From Camelus ferus (Eukaryota), in assembly GCF_009834535.1 (NCBI RefSeq), contig NC_045705.1, forward strand, positions 66,588,001 through 66,652,000: a stretch of 64,000 bases of DNA, read 5' to 3'. The notes under the pieces are model-generated. The model ran no database searches and was not told the DNA's origin. It saw only the letters and a list, made by a program, of their open reading frames with translations. Positions 52,801-64,000 of this stretch are shown here, piece after piece. The position numbers were made by a program, and so were the translations under genes. Position 1 is the stretch's first letter. Every line of letters begins with the position of its first letter.

Positions 52801-53819
52801 AAAGGTGGGCAGAGCCAGGTCTTGAGGGCAGGAGACACCCTTTGTACCTTGTGTTTCTTCTCTGTCTCTGGAGGCTGGATGTCAGGGGAAGGATGCTAGT
52901 TGCCTCTGACGGTCAGGAAGCCAAGCTTGGCCAAGTTAAGCCCAGGGGAATTGCAGCCTGTCAGGTGCTCACAGAGTCATTAGGAAGCTGGAGAACTGGG
53001 CTTGGAAAGAAACAGGAATTGGGCTAGATTGTGAGGCTGGGATGCAGACTGGGCAACAGCCTCATAGGAGAAGCAGTCTGGTCTAGTGGGCATGACTTCC
53101 CACGAAGGCACTCACTGGCTCTTTTCAACATGCTGTCATTCTGCCCGGGATTTTGGTTCCAGGGTGGGAAAGTCCAGTTGCCTTCCTCGTGTCCTGGGCT
53201 GTCCCTTCATCCTGCCAGACTGTACCACAGGAGGACACTGGTACTTTGGGGAAGGGAGATCAGATTCTGAGAAGCCAGAAGTCAGCAGCTATGCCCCCAT
53301 GTGCTCCCCCCCTCCCCGGGTCTCATTGCAGCACCGTGGAGACCTGGGGAACGTCCAGGCGGATGCTGATGGCCGAGCTGTCTTCAGAATAGAGGATGAG
53401 AAGCTGAAGGTGAGGTGAAAAATAATGTGGGGGCCCTTTCTAACAGGTCCACTGTCTGAGGCTGTTGTCTCCCCTCTAGGTGTGGGATGTGATTGGCCGA
53501 AGCCTGGTCATTGATGAGGGAGAAGACGACCTGGGCCGGGGCGGCCACCCCCTATCCAAAGTCACAGGGAACTCTGGAGAGAGGTAGGTACTGTGCCATC
53601 AGCATGCACAGAGGCCTGGAGGGGCTCCGGCAGGTGCTCACTCTAAACCACATGCTCCTCCGCAGGTTGGCCTGTGGCATCATCGCTCGCTCCTCCGGCC
53701 TTTTCCAGAACCCCAAGCAGATCTGCTCCTGCGACGGCCTCACCATCTGGGAGGAGCGAGGCCGGCCCATCGCAGGCAAAGGCCGAAAGGAGCCCACCCA
53801 GCCCCCCGCCCACCTCTGA
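43856..53819 (+). CDS. CCS: Copper chaperone for superoxide dismutase, 8 coding exons, 274 aa
   Basis: Exons: 43856-43894, 44233-44305, 48353-48490, 48704-48881, 49466-49526, 53332-53409, 53480-53583, 53666-53819. The total is 825 nt, all GT-AG. It has an Atx1-like MTCQSC motif, a SOD1-like domain ([25 protein letters not shown]) and the C-terminal CSC copper motif. Confidence 0.99.
45470..45970 (+). mobile_element. L2 fragment in CCS intron 2
   Basis: CCCATTGCATTAAAATTAAATTCC...GATAGGTGCTTAGTATACATTTGTTAAATGAATGAA. Confidence 0.7.
47600..48040 (-). mobile_element. Old L1M fragment in CCS intron 2
   Basis: TTGAGATGTAATTCATAT...GTTGCACAACCATTACCAC antisense L1 3' UTR; gap at 47829-48011. Confidence 0.7.
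50058..50195 (+). mobile_element. tRNA-Ala-derived SINE (vic-1-like) in CCS intron 5
   Basis: 11-nt TSD GTTTTGATTTA at 50045-50055 and 50196-50206; small internal duplication (AGAGTTAGAGTG). Confidence 0.9.
50992..51601. mobile_element. MLT1-type LTR in CCS intron 5 (SINE inside)
   Basis: TGTGTCAGTTAGCTAT...CACAGTTTCTCTGGGGCAGGGATCCGGGCGCAGCTTAGCTGG; resumes after the SINE. Confidence 0.75.
51325..51482 (-). mobile_element. tRNA-Ala-derived SINE (vic-1-like) inserted into an MLT1 LTR in CCS intron 5
   Basis: Reverse-complement head and tail interrupt MLT1-like sequence. Confidence 0.86.
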
Positions 53820-53955
53820 GCACATCCTCAGCCTGGGGTCTGTCACCGTCCTCCCTGCTGAGTGCCGTCCACTCCAGAGGGAGGCCCTGCTCGCCCAGCC
53901 CTAGAAGAACTAGCAAGCAGGGTGTGTAGGGGCTGCCATGATGTTCCCTTGGCAA

Positions 53956-53961
53956 ATTAAA
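53956..53961 (+). terminator. CCS polyadenylation signal (ATTAAA variant)
   Basis: ATTAAA about 135 nt after the stop, followed by T/GT-rich sequence. Confidence 0.65.
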
Positions 53962-55559
53962 GTTTTATTTTAATATGTAACTTTGTGTTTTGTCCGTGTC
54001 CCTGTTTCCCCTAATGGGCTTGGTGAACACAGTGCCTCTGCCCTCCCTGTCGAGGGCCACCTCTTGGCTTTGAAGCCAAACAGAACCAGATTCAAATCCG
54101 CACAGCTCCTGAGGGCCATGTCCTCCTCCTCAGGGTCACAGTGAAGGGCCACAGCAGACCTATTTCTGTTTGTGGCCTGTGCCTGTCCCCCTCCCTTCAC
54201 TGTGGCCAATTTGGAACCAAAATGGACACCTGATCCATGCAGGGCCTTGCTTTCCCGGTGAAATCAAAGCAGATCCAGCTTTAGTTTCTCCCTGTGGTTG
54301 AACCCGTAACGTGGGGATACGGGAACTGAGTGGCCCTCTTCTCCCTGCCTTACGGACTGAATATCAGAAAAGCCGATCTGCTGAGGAGGAGGAGTGAGGC
54401 AGATGCACAAGGAGAACCTAAGAGTCACTGGAGGAGGCCAGACGCTCCAGAGTCCACACTCAGCCTTCTCCAAGGCCTGGGAGTCAACAGACAGTCCTGT
54501 ATGCTCCCAATGCATCACCACCCACTTAAAAAAAAAAAATCAATCTGGCTTGAGTTGATTTCTTTACTCACAACTGAAAGACTTTTAATTAATCTAATAG
54601 GGTGCTTGGCACAGAGCCTGGCACATGGTAAGGTAAGGAAACAGTGGCTGTGATCCTGAGGCTCCATGGGGCCCCTGGAGGCCAACCCCACCAAGCTCCC
54701 ATCTCAGGGATGGTCGGTAGCCAGGAACTAGTGTGTGGGGCTGGGAATTCCAGGGCTCCCCACTCACCTGTTTTGCCCACCCCTACCCCAGACCATGCCA
54801 AGCTTGTCCATCCAGGACAAAGCTGCTCTTGTGACCTGATGGGCCGGCAGAGTATACACACTTTGCCCCTTACACTGCCAGCTTGGAACCACGTGGGTGG
54901 TTTTACAGTCAGTTGGCCTTGGCTTGGATGCTACTGGCTCTGCTCCATTCCCCAGGCCCTGCCATTCTCCCCCTTCAGGCTACTGACTGCCTCCAGCCCT
55001 GCTCTTTCTTGCCAAACCTACACTAGTTGCTTTCCAGCTCCCCTTCGTTCCTGGGGAACCAAATCCTTTTAAACCTGGGCGCAGGCTGTGTTTCTCCTAC
55101 CTCAGAAGCATTGCAGGAACTCCTCTTGGACTCTGCCCACAGCCAAACCATGACCTCCACTTACCTTCATTCTGGATTATAGCTGGATTTAACCCTTTTA
55201 TGGCTAGACCACTCACCCTTCCCTACCACTCTGTTTCTGCTCTTAAAGGATCAATGTTCCATTAGCTTTTCTCTTTTCCAAACTCTTAGATGTGTGGTTT
55301 TCAAACTTTGCTTTTGAATCACAGAACCCTTTCAAACATCTTTATGTGGAACTGCAGCCAAAGATGCTTCTGCCTGACTAAGGGCTTCCCAAAAGCCCTG
55401 GGCTCCAGGGAGCGCAGTTGGAAAATCTTTGCCAAATTCAGGCATTTTTGCATTATCTCTCAACTGCAACCGTGTCCATAAACCACCTGTACTATCATTT
55501 ACAAAATACTGTTCTTTAAATTAATTCACTTTTAAACTTACTTAAAAAGGAAAATTTAA

Positions 55560-55990
55560 TCTTACTAGCTAATACCTATATGATGATGATGAAGTCTATT
55601 CTAAACACTTCACATGCCACAATTCATTTAATCCCCATGAAAATACTACAAGGCAGGGAGGGAGGGGTTAGCTCAAGTGGTAGAGTGCATGCTTAGCATG
55701 CATGAGGTCCTGGGTTCAATCCTCAGTACCTCCTCTAAGAATAAGTAAGTAAACCTAATTACCCCCCCCCCCCAATTCTGCGGTCAAATAAGGAAACAGG
55801 ATATTGAAAGATTATTATAAAATAAATTTTAAAATTAAAAAAAAATACTACAAGGTAGGTTTTATTACCATCTCATGTTACAGATGAGGAAAGTAAAGCA
55901 CAGAGCAATTATGTAACCTGCCCAAGATCACACAGCTAGTAATGTGGCCAAGTCTAGATTCAGACCCAGGTGGTCTGGCTCTAAGTCCAT
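55560..55990 (-). mobile_element. MIR split by a SINE insertion
   Basis: MIR core TTACAGATGAGGAAAGTAAAGCACAGAG...TGCCCAAGATCACACAGCTAGT resumes after the SINE TSD. Further MIRs near 2560, 5750, 7060, 14720, 24830, 35680, 38880, 45230, 48940 and 59760 are not itemised. Confidence 0.75.
55654..55841 (+). mobile_element. tRNA-Ala-derived SINE (vic-1-like) with extended 3' tail, inserted in a MIR
   Basis: 14-nt TSD AAAATACTACAAGG at 55640-55653 and 55842-55855. Confidence 0.92.
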
Positions 55991-56624
55991 ATTGGTTCTT
56001 ATTGTAAAGCATAGAAAGCAAGAGTCATTTGTCATAAGCAGAAGTTTGCTAGAAAAAGAACATACATAGCTATTAATATAAAAATTGTTCCTCCACAAAT
56101 TGCCCAAGATTGTAACTCCAGTGGCTTTTGCACGGCATTTCAGGAAACCCAGACACTTTCTTTGCACCCTGTCCTCTCAGCTGCCACTTCTTCTCTATCC
56201 TCTGCCCTGGCTGCTTTCTCAGCTGCCGCCAGCACCCAGCCTCATAATCCATGTCTCGGGGACCTCCTGTCTCTTCTGCCCTCTTCTCCCTGGCTTTTCC
56301 CCTTCCAACATTCCAGTCTCGTTTCTGCCTGGGATTCCACACTGTGAATTTGTAGAGCTGTAAACATTTCAAGAAACATCCTTTGTCCCAAGTGGGAGAT
56401 CTTCTCCCCAGCTGAATCCTGGTAGAGGAGCCCAGTTGGAGTCACTCTTCAGAGCCTTGACAGAGCCTCTGCCTGGGACTCCTGGCCGCACGGGGGCGGG
56501 GGGGGGGGTTCCTTGGAAGAGGTGGGGCTGTTTCCAGAGGGGCCTGTGATGTGAAGGCGAGTGAAATTCTGGCTTTGAAAATTTTTCTCCGTTCTCCCTC
56601 TGTCTTCTCTAACTTTTCCACTAC

Positions 56625-56808
56625 CAGTGGCTCTCAACTGGGGGGCCCTTGTGATCCCTGGACCAGCAGCTCCCCTGGAAATGTTCGAAATAGCAATTTC
56701 TGGGGATTCACTCCAGATTTACTAAACCAGAAACTCGGTGCGTAAAGTGGAGGAATCTGTTTTAAAAGCCGTCTAGGTGATTTTGAAGCACACTAAAGTT
56801 TGCAACTA
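56625..56808 (+). mobile_element. MER5A-like hAT MITE
   Basis: CAGTGGCTCTCAA...GGACCAGCAGC...ATCTGTTTTAAAAGCC...GGTGATTTTGAAGCACACTAAAGTTTG. Confidence 0.7.
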
Positions 56809-57419
56809 ATACAGTTACTATTCAATTTATTAAGGTAATACACTTAAAACCTAGTTTTTAATTTTCACATGAATAATTTAAAAAATATAACTGACACCTC
56901 AAGGACGATTGAAATGTCTCAGGTTTGTTTGCTTCTGCACTGAATGATTTTGGATCCTATGCTCTTTGATTTCTTTGATTTTGACTTTGTCTTCTTAAAA
57001 ATCAGTTTTTTTCTTAAAAAAAATTTTCCTTAAGTCTTTAACTTTACAAGATTTATTGTTCTATGTATAAATCTGGTAAAATAAGAGTTATTATCTTCAC
57101 CTTTTCTTTGATAAACTCTTGTTGGATACATTAGCCTCCCTTCAATAATCATACCCATTTGCAACTTAAGTCCCCTCAAAATTTAAAAAATTGCCTTTGT
57201 ATATTTAATATGTTTCATTTTCTTAAATACCACAGATTCCTGGCCTAAAGGTAAAATTCCCAACATACTTCCTGGTAAATCTTACAAATACAGTGAAACT
57301 ATTCTACTACTGTTTACAAACTTAAAAAAAATTGTTCATTTTAACCAAAAATCGCAACCTGAAAGTCAATTTTTATAACTGCTTCATTTTGACATTATTT
57401 TAGATTAACAAGAAAGTTG

Positions 57420-57750
57420 CAATGTAGATAAATCTTGAAAACATTAAGCTAAGTGAAAGAAGCCAGACGCAAGAGACATATATTCGTATTATTCCATTTA
57501 TATGAAATGTCTTGAACAGACACATCCAGAGTCAGAAAGATTAGTGGTCACCAGGGTCTNNNNNNNNNNNNNNNNNNNNNNNNNNNNNNNNNNNNNNNNN
57601 NNNNNNNNNNNNNNNNNNNNNNNNNNNNNNNNNNNNNNNNNNNNNNNNNNNNNNNNNNNNNNNNNNNNNNNNNNNNNNNNNNNNNNNNNNNNNACACTAA
57701 AGCGGTGTATTTTATGGTATATAAATCACATCTTAATATTAAAAAATCAA
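57420..57750 (+). mobile_element. L1M 3' UTR fragment
   Basis: CTTGAAAACATTAAGCTAAGTGAAAGAAGCCAGAC...ATTCCATTTATATGAAATGTC signature. Confidence 0.7.
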
Positions 57751-57881
57751 GGGGAGGGCATAGCTCAGTGGTACAGTGCATGCTTATCATGCACAAGGTC
57801 CTGGGTTCAATCCCCAGCAAGTTTGTTAAAAATAAATAAAGCCTAATTACCGCCCCCCCCCCAAAACAAACAAACAACTAA
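57751..57881 (+). mobile_element. tRNA-Ala-derived SINE (vic-1-like)
   Basis: Head, linker, CCTAATTACC plus C-run, and (CAAA)n tail at the end of an L1 3' UTR. Confidence 0.86.
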
Positions 57882-57989
57882 ATGGAAGAGATTGAGAGGC
57901 ATTACAGTAAAAATTAATTAGCCCTCAATATTAAAAAAGTCATTTACATAGGAAAAAAACAGTACTGTATTCTTCCCGCAGCTCCCCCT

Positions 57990-58560
57990 AAGGTTAACAA
58001 TTTATGTAAGTATAGTGCAGTTATCAAAGCCAGTTAATTAACACCGAGGAGATACTAGTAACTAAACTGAAGACTTTTTTCAAATGTTGCCAACTTTTCC
58101 ACTGACTGCTTTCTGTTTGAGGATCTAATCCTGAGTGGCACATTGCTTTTAGCTGTTGTATCTCCCTGGCATCCTCCAATTTGTGTCCACTCCTCTCTTT
58201 CCTTGTCTTCACTCCCTCGTTTTGACACTTCTGATGAGCACTAGTCAGATATTTTGTCATGTCTTTTCAGCTTGAGTTTGTCTGGGTTTTCTTGTGATTA
58301 GGTTGAGGTGATGTATTTTTGGCTTGTTAACCACAGAAGTGAAGTTGTGCCTTCCTCAGTACATGGTGTTGACGGATCTCAGCATAGGTGTGATTTACTG
58401 TGGTCGTTTGGTTAAGGTGGTATCTTCTGAGTTCCTCCACTGTAATCTTAGGATTTTTCCCTTTGCAATTAGTATCTTGGGAGCTACTTGGAGAATATTT
58501 AAAGATTCTGTTTTTCATCAAACTTTTGCCCACTGATTTTAGCATCTAAAACCAATTTAT
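57990..58560 (-). mobile_element. Old L1M fragment (antisense)
   Basis: Degenerate antisense L1 3' UTR-like sequence; boundaries approximate. Confidence 0.55.
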
Positions 58561-58604
58561 TTTTTTATTGTGGCAAATACACAGAATGTATAATTATAAC
58601 CATT

Positions 58605-58727
58605 AAAAAATTTTTTTGGAGGGCAGGTAGTTAGGATTTTATTTATTTATGTATTTATTTTGATGGAGGTACTGGGGATTGAACCCAGGACCTCGTGCAT
58701 GTTAAGCATGCACTCTACCACTGAGCT
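58605..58727 (-). mobile_element. tRNA-Ala-derived SINE (vic-1-like), 5' end lost in an N-gap
   Basis: Reverse-complement B box, anticodon arm and linker; the gap starts at 58728. Confidence 0.84.
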
Positions 58728-60114
58728 NNNNNNNNNNNNNNNNNNNNNNNNNNNNNNNNNNNNNNNNNNNNNNNNNNNNNNNNNNNNNNNNNNNNNNNNN
58801 NNNNNNNNNNNNNNNNNNNNNNNNNNNNNNNNNNNNNNNNNNNNNNNNNNNNNNNNNNNNNNNNNNNNNNNNNNNNNNNNNNNNNNNNNNNNNNNNNNNN
58901 NNNNNNNNNNNNNNNNNNNNNNNNNNNNNNNNNNNNNNNNNNNNNNNNNNNNNNNNNNNNNNNNNNNNNNNNNNNNNNNNNNNNNNNNGTGATTAGCTTA
59001 TAGAATCAATTTCTTAACTATATTTTTTAAATTAGAAAAACAAGACTGATCTGTCAGATTCTCTAATATGTCATTTCTTTAACGTGATATGTACTTCAAA
59101 TACCAAATATATTCAGATTTCTCCAAATATGACAAAAATCTACGTGAGTTTCATTTAGTTTATCATGTTTAGTTTTAATTCTAAATCTTCCCAGGGATAA
59201 GATAAGTGACCCATTAAAGGAACATTTTTTTCAGCTGAATAGGAGTTAGGATTATAGTCCTCAAGGCTGGGGCAGTTTACCTCTGGGGCACATGCATCAA
59301 CAATTCTTCTGGTGGCATACCAAGTACCTGCTGGATCTCTTAAACTGTTCCTGTGATGACAGGGAACTCCAAGGACAAACCCTACAGACAACATTGGCTT
59401 TAAAAACTATGATCCCTAAATTTAAATTAAGCCTGTAAACTATATTTTGATAACCTCTTAACTTTATCACCACATTTAGGCAATAAAAATTGTGTAACCC
59501 TCCCCTACCTTGTCATTGTCTTCACTACTTGAGTAAATTAAAGACAATCTATTAGAAGTTGGCTTTTCTTTTTCTTTCTTCCCCTTTTTCCCCTCTCACT
59601 TGCTCTATTGGCCACAATCCTAAAGCCATAATAATGACAAATCTTTTTCTGGCTCTGAAATGTGTTTACCACAGAGGAACATCTTTATATAATGGATGAG
59701 TTAGCTCCATGTGAGTGTCATCAAAGACACATTATGTTCTATGTATGAGCACATTTAATAGTCATTCTTATTCATGCACATAGTTGGGAAAACCTAATAG
59801 CCTTGAGCTGAGCTTTGGGTCCAGACCCTAGGTCTACTACTTTCTAGCTGTCTGACCTCAGGCAAGGCTCCTCTGTAAAATGGGGATTACAGTACACCAA
59901 TCTCACAAGCCTAAAATCAAATAAGATTGTCCATGTAAAGAATAGCTCCTGGCAAAAAAAAGAAAAAAAGAAAAAAAATCAGTGTTAACTATTATTATTT
60001 TATCATTCATTCATCCATCGTGTTAAGGATGAACAAATGACCATCTCAGGACTCTTTTCTGCTGCTTCTTAGCCAGCATAGGAGATGGTGTCTGTATAAA
60101 TATAATTTCATATA

Positions 60115-60266
60115 CAGTTGGCTCTATCTACAGATGTGGAACCTGTGGCTACCCGGCCAACTGTATTGGGCCATTTAATACAGCAGCTTACATAAGAGCA
60201 TTGGTGGATTTTGGTATTCACAAGAGGTCCTGGAACAAATCCCCCACAAATGTAGAGGGAAGATTG
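60115..60266. mobile_element. Tigger-type (MER2-like) DNA transposon relic
   Basis: CAGTTG...GATTG degenerate terminal inverted repeats flanked by TA on both sides; GGATTTTGGTATT...GGTCCTGGAACAAATCCCC core. Confidence 0.65.
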
Positions 60267-60644
60267 TAAGAATTTTCCTGTCTTTCTGATCACTTTGCTC
60301 CTGTGATTGTAAGGTCAGCAGAATGTAAATGTTTTTCAGTCTTTTCTCATGTATTAATGAGCCTAAAAGAGTTCTTTAAAAATTAAATGAAAAAAAAATT
60401 TTTAAAGCACATTATACTGGANNNNNNNNNNNNNNNNNNNNNNNNNNNNNNNNNNNNNNNNNNNNNNNNNNNNNNNNNNNNNNNNNNNNNNNNNNNNNNN
60501 NNNNNNNNNNNNNNNNNNNNNNNNNNNNNNNNNNNNNNNNNNNNNNNNNNNNNNNNNNNNNNNNNNNNNNNNNNNNNNNNNNNNNNNNNNNNNNNNNNNN
60601 NNNNNNNNNNNNNNNNNNNNNNNNNNNNNNNNNNNNNNNNNNNN

Positions 60645-61760
60645 GTTAATCTATGACAAAGGAGGCAAGAATATACAACAGAGAAAAGATAGTCTCTTCA
60701 ATAAGCTGGTCCTGGGAAAACTGGACAGCTACATGTAAAAGACTGAAATTAGAACATTCTTTAACACCATGTACAAAAATAAACTCAAAATGGATTAAAG
60801 ATCTAAATGTGAGGCCAGATTTCATAAAACTCCTAGAGGATAACATACAGAGAACACTCGCAGACATAAATCACAGTAATATATTCTTTGAACCAGCTCC
60901 CGGAGTAATGGAAATAAAAGCAAAAATAAACAAATGGGATCTAATTAAATCCAAAAGCTTTCACACAGCTAAGGATACCATCAACAAAAAGAAAAGACAA
61001 CCTATAAAATGGGAGAAAATATTTGCAAATGATGCAACTGACAAGGGACTAATTTCTAAAATATACCAACAGCTCATATGGCTTATTATAAAAAAAACAA
61101 GCAACCCAATCCAAAAATGGGCAGAAGACCTAAAAAAGCAATTTCCCAATGAAGACATACAAATAGGCACATGAAAAAATGCTCAGCATCGCTAATTGTC
61201 AGAGAAATGCAGATCAAAACTACAATGAGATACCACCTCACACCAGCCAGAATGGCCATCATTGAAAAGTCTACAAATGATAGATACTGGAGAGGGTGTA
61301 GAGAAAAGGTAAGCCTCCTACATCGTTGGTGGGCATGTAGATTGGTGCAGCCACTATGGAGGACAGTATGGAAGTTCCTTAAAAAACTAAAAATAGACTA
61401 CCAAGTGATCCAGTAATCCCACTCCTGGGCAGATACCTGGAGAAAAATAAAATGCAAAAAGACACATACACCNNNNNNNNNNNNNNNNNNNNNNNNNNNN
61501 NNNNNNNNNNNNNNNNNNNNNNNNNNNNNNNNNNNNNNNNNNNNNNNNNNNNNNNNNNNNNNNNNNNNNNNNNNNNNNNNNNNNNNNNNNNNNNNNNNNN
61601 NNNNNNNNNNNNNNNNNNNNNNNNNNNNNNNNNNNNNNNNNNNNNNNNNNNNNNAAGTGAAGTGGGCCAGAAAGAGAAAGAAAAATGCCATATGTTATCA
61701 TTTATATGTGGAATCTAATAAAAAATTTAAAAATAAGGACACAAATGAACTAGTTATTAT
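60645..61760 (+). mobile_element. L1 ORF2 C-terminal remnant and 3' UTR (disrupted)
   Basis: Translations WENWTATCKRLKLEHSLTPCTKINSKWIKDLNVRP and [19 protein letters not shown] are L1 ORF2p; the frame is broken near 61170 and by gaps. Confidence 0.92.
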
Positions 61761-62559
61761 TCATAACTTAGATGACTGATTTCTTGAATATGTGTAAGCA
61801 CAATATGACTGTCCTTTATGATTGGATTATCACATTCTGGTGCTTCTTATTTTGTGGTTGGCTATATTCCTTGATAACTATGTAAGTTTAAAAAGCTAAA
61901 GCTCTAACCTGTTCTTAGAAACAATGATCAATACACATATGTAAACTAAAAAATGTACAGTATAGTGGATATACATATTTACATGCAATATAATGTATAT
62001 GTGCAGTCAAACTATAATAATTCTACCTAATAAAACTGAAAAAGGGAAAAAAAAGAAAGGAAGGATATAATGGATTTAAAGGGCATGAATCTCCAAGAGT
62101 TAACGTTCAGGAATTAGAGATTGAGAGATAGATACTTTCATTCTCTGGCAACTGTAAGACTTTCTGGTCATATATTTTTAAAGTATCATCAATAAAGCCT
62201 AAAGATAAAAGGAAAAAAAAAGCTCATTGTATCCTGTAGATTTGATTTTACTTTTTCACTAGGCTGTTCAAAATTAAAATTAAAAATTTTTTATTTTTAT
62301 TTTTACCTAAGTAATTAATATTCGTACACAACTTAAAAAGTCAAATAGTACTACGAGGCTTATAATGAAAATGAGCAATTTCTGTCCCATATCTTCTCAA
62401 ATCCACTTCCTAGAAGCAACAGATTTCAACTCCTTTGGCCATTTATTCTGGGATTTACCTCCATATTTTTAGACAACGTGACTGTATTGCTTTTCCTTTT
62501 TCTTTTTTTAAGGTGTGAAACTGATTTTTTAAAATTAAATTTTAGAACTTCTAAAATAC

Positions 62560-63003
62560 AATTTTAAATGTTGCACTCCATTTACAGTTATTACAAAATA
62601 TTCCCCATGTTGTTAAAATACATCCTTGTAGCCTATCTTATACCCAGTAGTTTGTACTTCTCACTGCTCCCCTCACCATTACTGGTAACCACTAATTTGT
62701 TCTCTGTTGTTTTTTTTTTTTTGTCATCTTCACTAGTTTGTTTTNNNNNNNNNNNNNNNNNNNNNNNNNNNNNNNNNNNNNNNNNNNNNNNNNNNNNNNN
62801 NNNNNNNNNNNNNNNNNNNNNNNNNNNNNNNNNNNNNNNNNNNNNNNNNNNNNNNNNNNNNNNNNNNNNNNNNNNNNNNNNNNNNNNNNNNNNNNNNNNN
62901 NNNNNNNNNNNNNNNNNNNNNNNNNNNNNNNNNNNNNNNTTTCTTGGGAATTATAAATAATGCTGCTATGAATGTTGGGGTACATGTATCTTTTTGAATT
63001 AGT
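62560..63003 (-). mobile_element. L1 3' fragment (antisense), gapped
   Basis: The minus strand reads QKDTCTPTFIAALFII; the rest is L1 3' UTR-like. Confidence 0.75.
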
Positions 63004-63731
63004 NNNNNNNNNNNNNNNNNNNNNNNNNNNNNNNNNNNNNNNNNNNNNNNNNNNNNNNNNNNNNNNNNNNNNNNNNNNNNNNNNNNNNNNNNNNNNNNNN
63101 NNNNNNNNNNNNNNNNNNNNNNNNNNNNNNNNNNNNNNNNNNNNNNNNNNNNNNNNNNNNNNNNNNNNNNNNNNNNNNNNNNNNNNNNNNNNNNNNNNNN
63201 NNNNNNNNNNNNNNNNNNNNNNNNNNNNNNNNNNNNNNNNNNNNNNNNNNNNNNNNNNNNNNNNNNNNNNNNNNNNNNNNNNNNNNNNNNNNNNNNNNNN
63301 NNNNNNNNNNNTTTGCAATTTTGATATCGCCTGTTAAATTCCATGTTCAGATGAATTCTGCTGCAAGTAACAAGAGTCTAACAGTGGTCAAAGCAATTAA
63401 GACATTTAATTATCTCATAATTTAAGCAATCTAGAGATTTGATGATTTGGAGCTGGTCCAGAGGCTCAGTGGCGTCAGGACACTGTGTCCTCCTGACGTG
63501 CACATTTGTCTTAGCATTCTCCCCTCCAATTTTGGTTGCAGGGTGACTACCAATAGCCCCAAGCCTCCAGACCCCACATCCTCACATAAGACAGAGTGGA
63601 GAGCAAGGAGAAAGGGGTTGAAAGGAGAAAAGCTCTTGTTTTTATCAGGAAGGAACATCTATGGAATAAAATAATATGAATCCAGGGTATGAAAATATCT
63701 TCATTTGTGTTAATAAAACATAGTTTACAAC

Positions 63732-64000
63732 TGTATTAGTGACTTGTGGCTGCTGTAACAAGTTACACAAAACTGGGTGGCTTAAAACAGATTGTTATTC
63801 TCTCACAATTCTGGAGGCCAGAAATCCAAAATTAGTATCATTGGGCTGAAATGAAGGTGTCAGTAGGGTTACGCTCTTTCCACAGGCTCCAGGGGAAAAT
63901 TCATTCCTTGCGTCTTCCAGCATTTTTAAAGCTCTCTCTGCTCTGTCTTCCCACCACCTTCTCCTCTGTGTATTTGTGCCAAGTCTCCATCTGTCTCCCT
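63732..64000. mobile_element. MLT1-type LTR, cut by the window edge
   Basis: TGTATTAGT...GCTGCTGTAACAAG...GGTGGCTTAAAACAG...TTCTGGAGGCCAGAAATCC. Confidence 0.8.

Larger units (their letters stand above)
32227..63311. other. Eleven assembly N-gaps (the span given is first to last gap, not a continuous feature)
   Basis: 32227-32375, 32518-32655, 33501-33664, 33750-33899, 47829-48011, 57560-57693, 58728-58988, 60422-60644, 61473-61654, 62745-62939, 63004-63311. Confidence 0.98.

Noticed and set aside
53964-53969. Minus-strand AATAAA immediately after the CCS ATTAAA, suggesting an antisense transcript end
   Set aside because: It is more simply the T-rich element of the CCS 3' end; there is no evidence of an antisense gene.
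55654-55730. Apparent tRNA-Ala(AGC) genes at the 11 GGGGAGGGTATAGCTCAGTGG... loci
   Set aside because: The acceptor stems do not pair properly, the copies are diverged, and they have A tails and TSDs. They are SINEs, not tRNA genes.
59155-59394. 79-aa minus ORF downstream of CCS
   Set aside because: It has a non-ATG start, no recognisable homology and no convincing splice context.
60653-61416. 173-aa and 81-aa ORFs as a host gene
   Set aside because: They are L1 ORF2p C-terminal fragments broken by a stop/frameshift and gaps.

Overview
Mammalian genomic DNA, most likely from a camelid: it carries 11 copies of a tRNA-Ala-derived SINE matching my recollection of the camelid vic-1 family. The window holds the conserved block syntenic to human 11q13.2: ZDHHC24 (minus, exons 1-2 only), ACTN3 (plus, 21 coding exons, 902 aa), CTSF (minus, 14 coding exons, 460 aa), about 20 kb of repeat-rich intergenic DNA, intronless CCDC87 (minus, 856 aa from the first ATG) and CCS (plus, 8 coding exons, 274 aa). 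All four complete genes splice with GT-AG introns into intact reading frames. The rest is L1, L2, MIR, MLT1, one ERV1-type solo LTR, MER/Tigger relics and 11 N-gaps. I found no convincing new multi-gene system. The best leads are: a 91-nt CTSF intron that appears to be coding sequence in human; a solo LTR pointing at the CTSF promoter; an exact MEF3 (Six1/4) site with E-boxes in ACTN3 intron 1; a non-CpG codon at the ACTN3 R577X-equivalent site; SINE tails carrying apparent 3' read-through sequence; a 14-nt match between the SINE body and an MLT1 LTR; and an unexplained GC-rich open-frame island at 30.3-30.95 kb. Gene and repeat names and all human comparisons come from memory, not from database searches.
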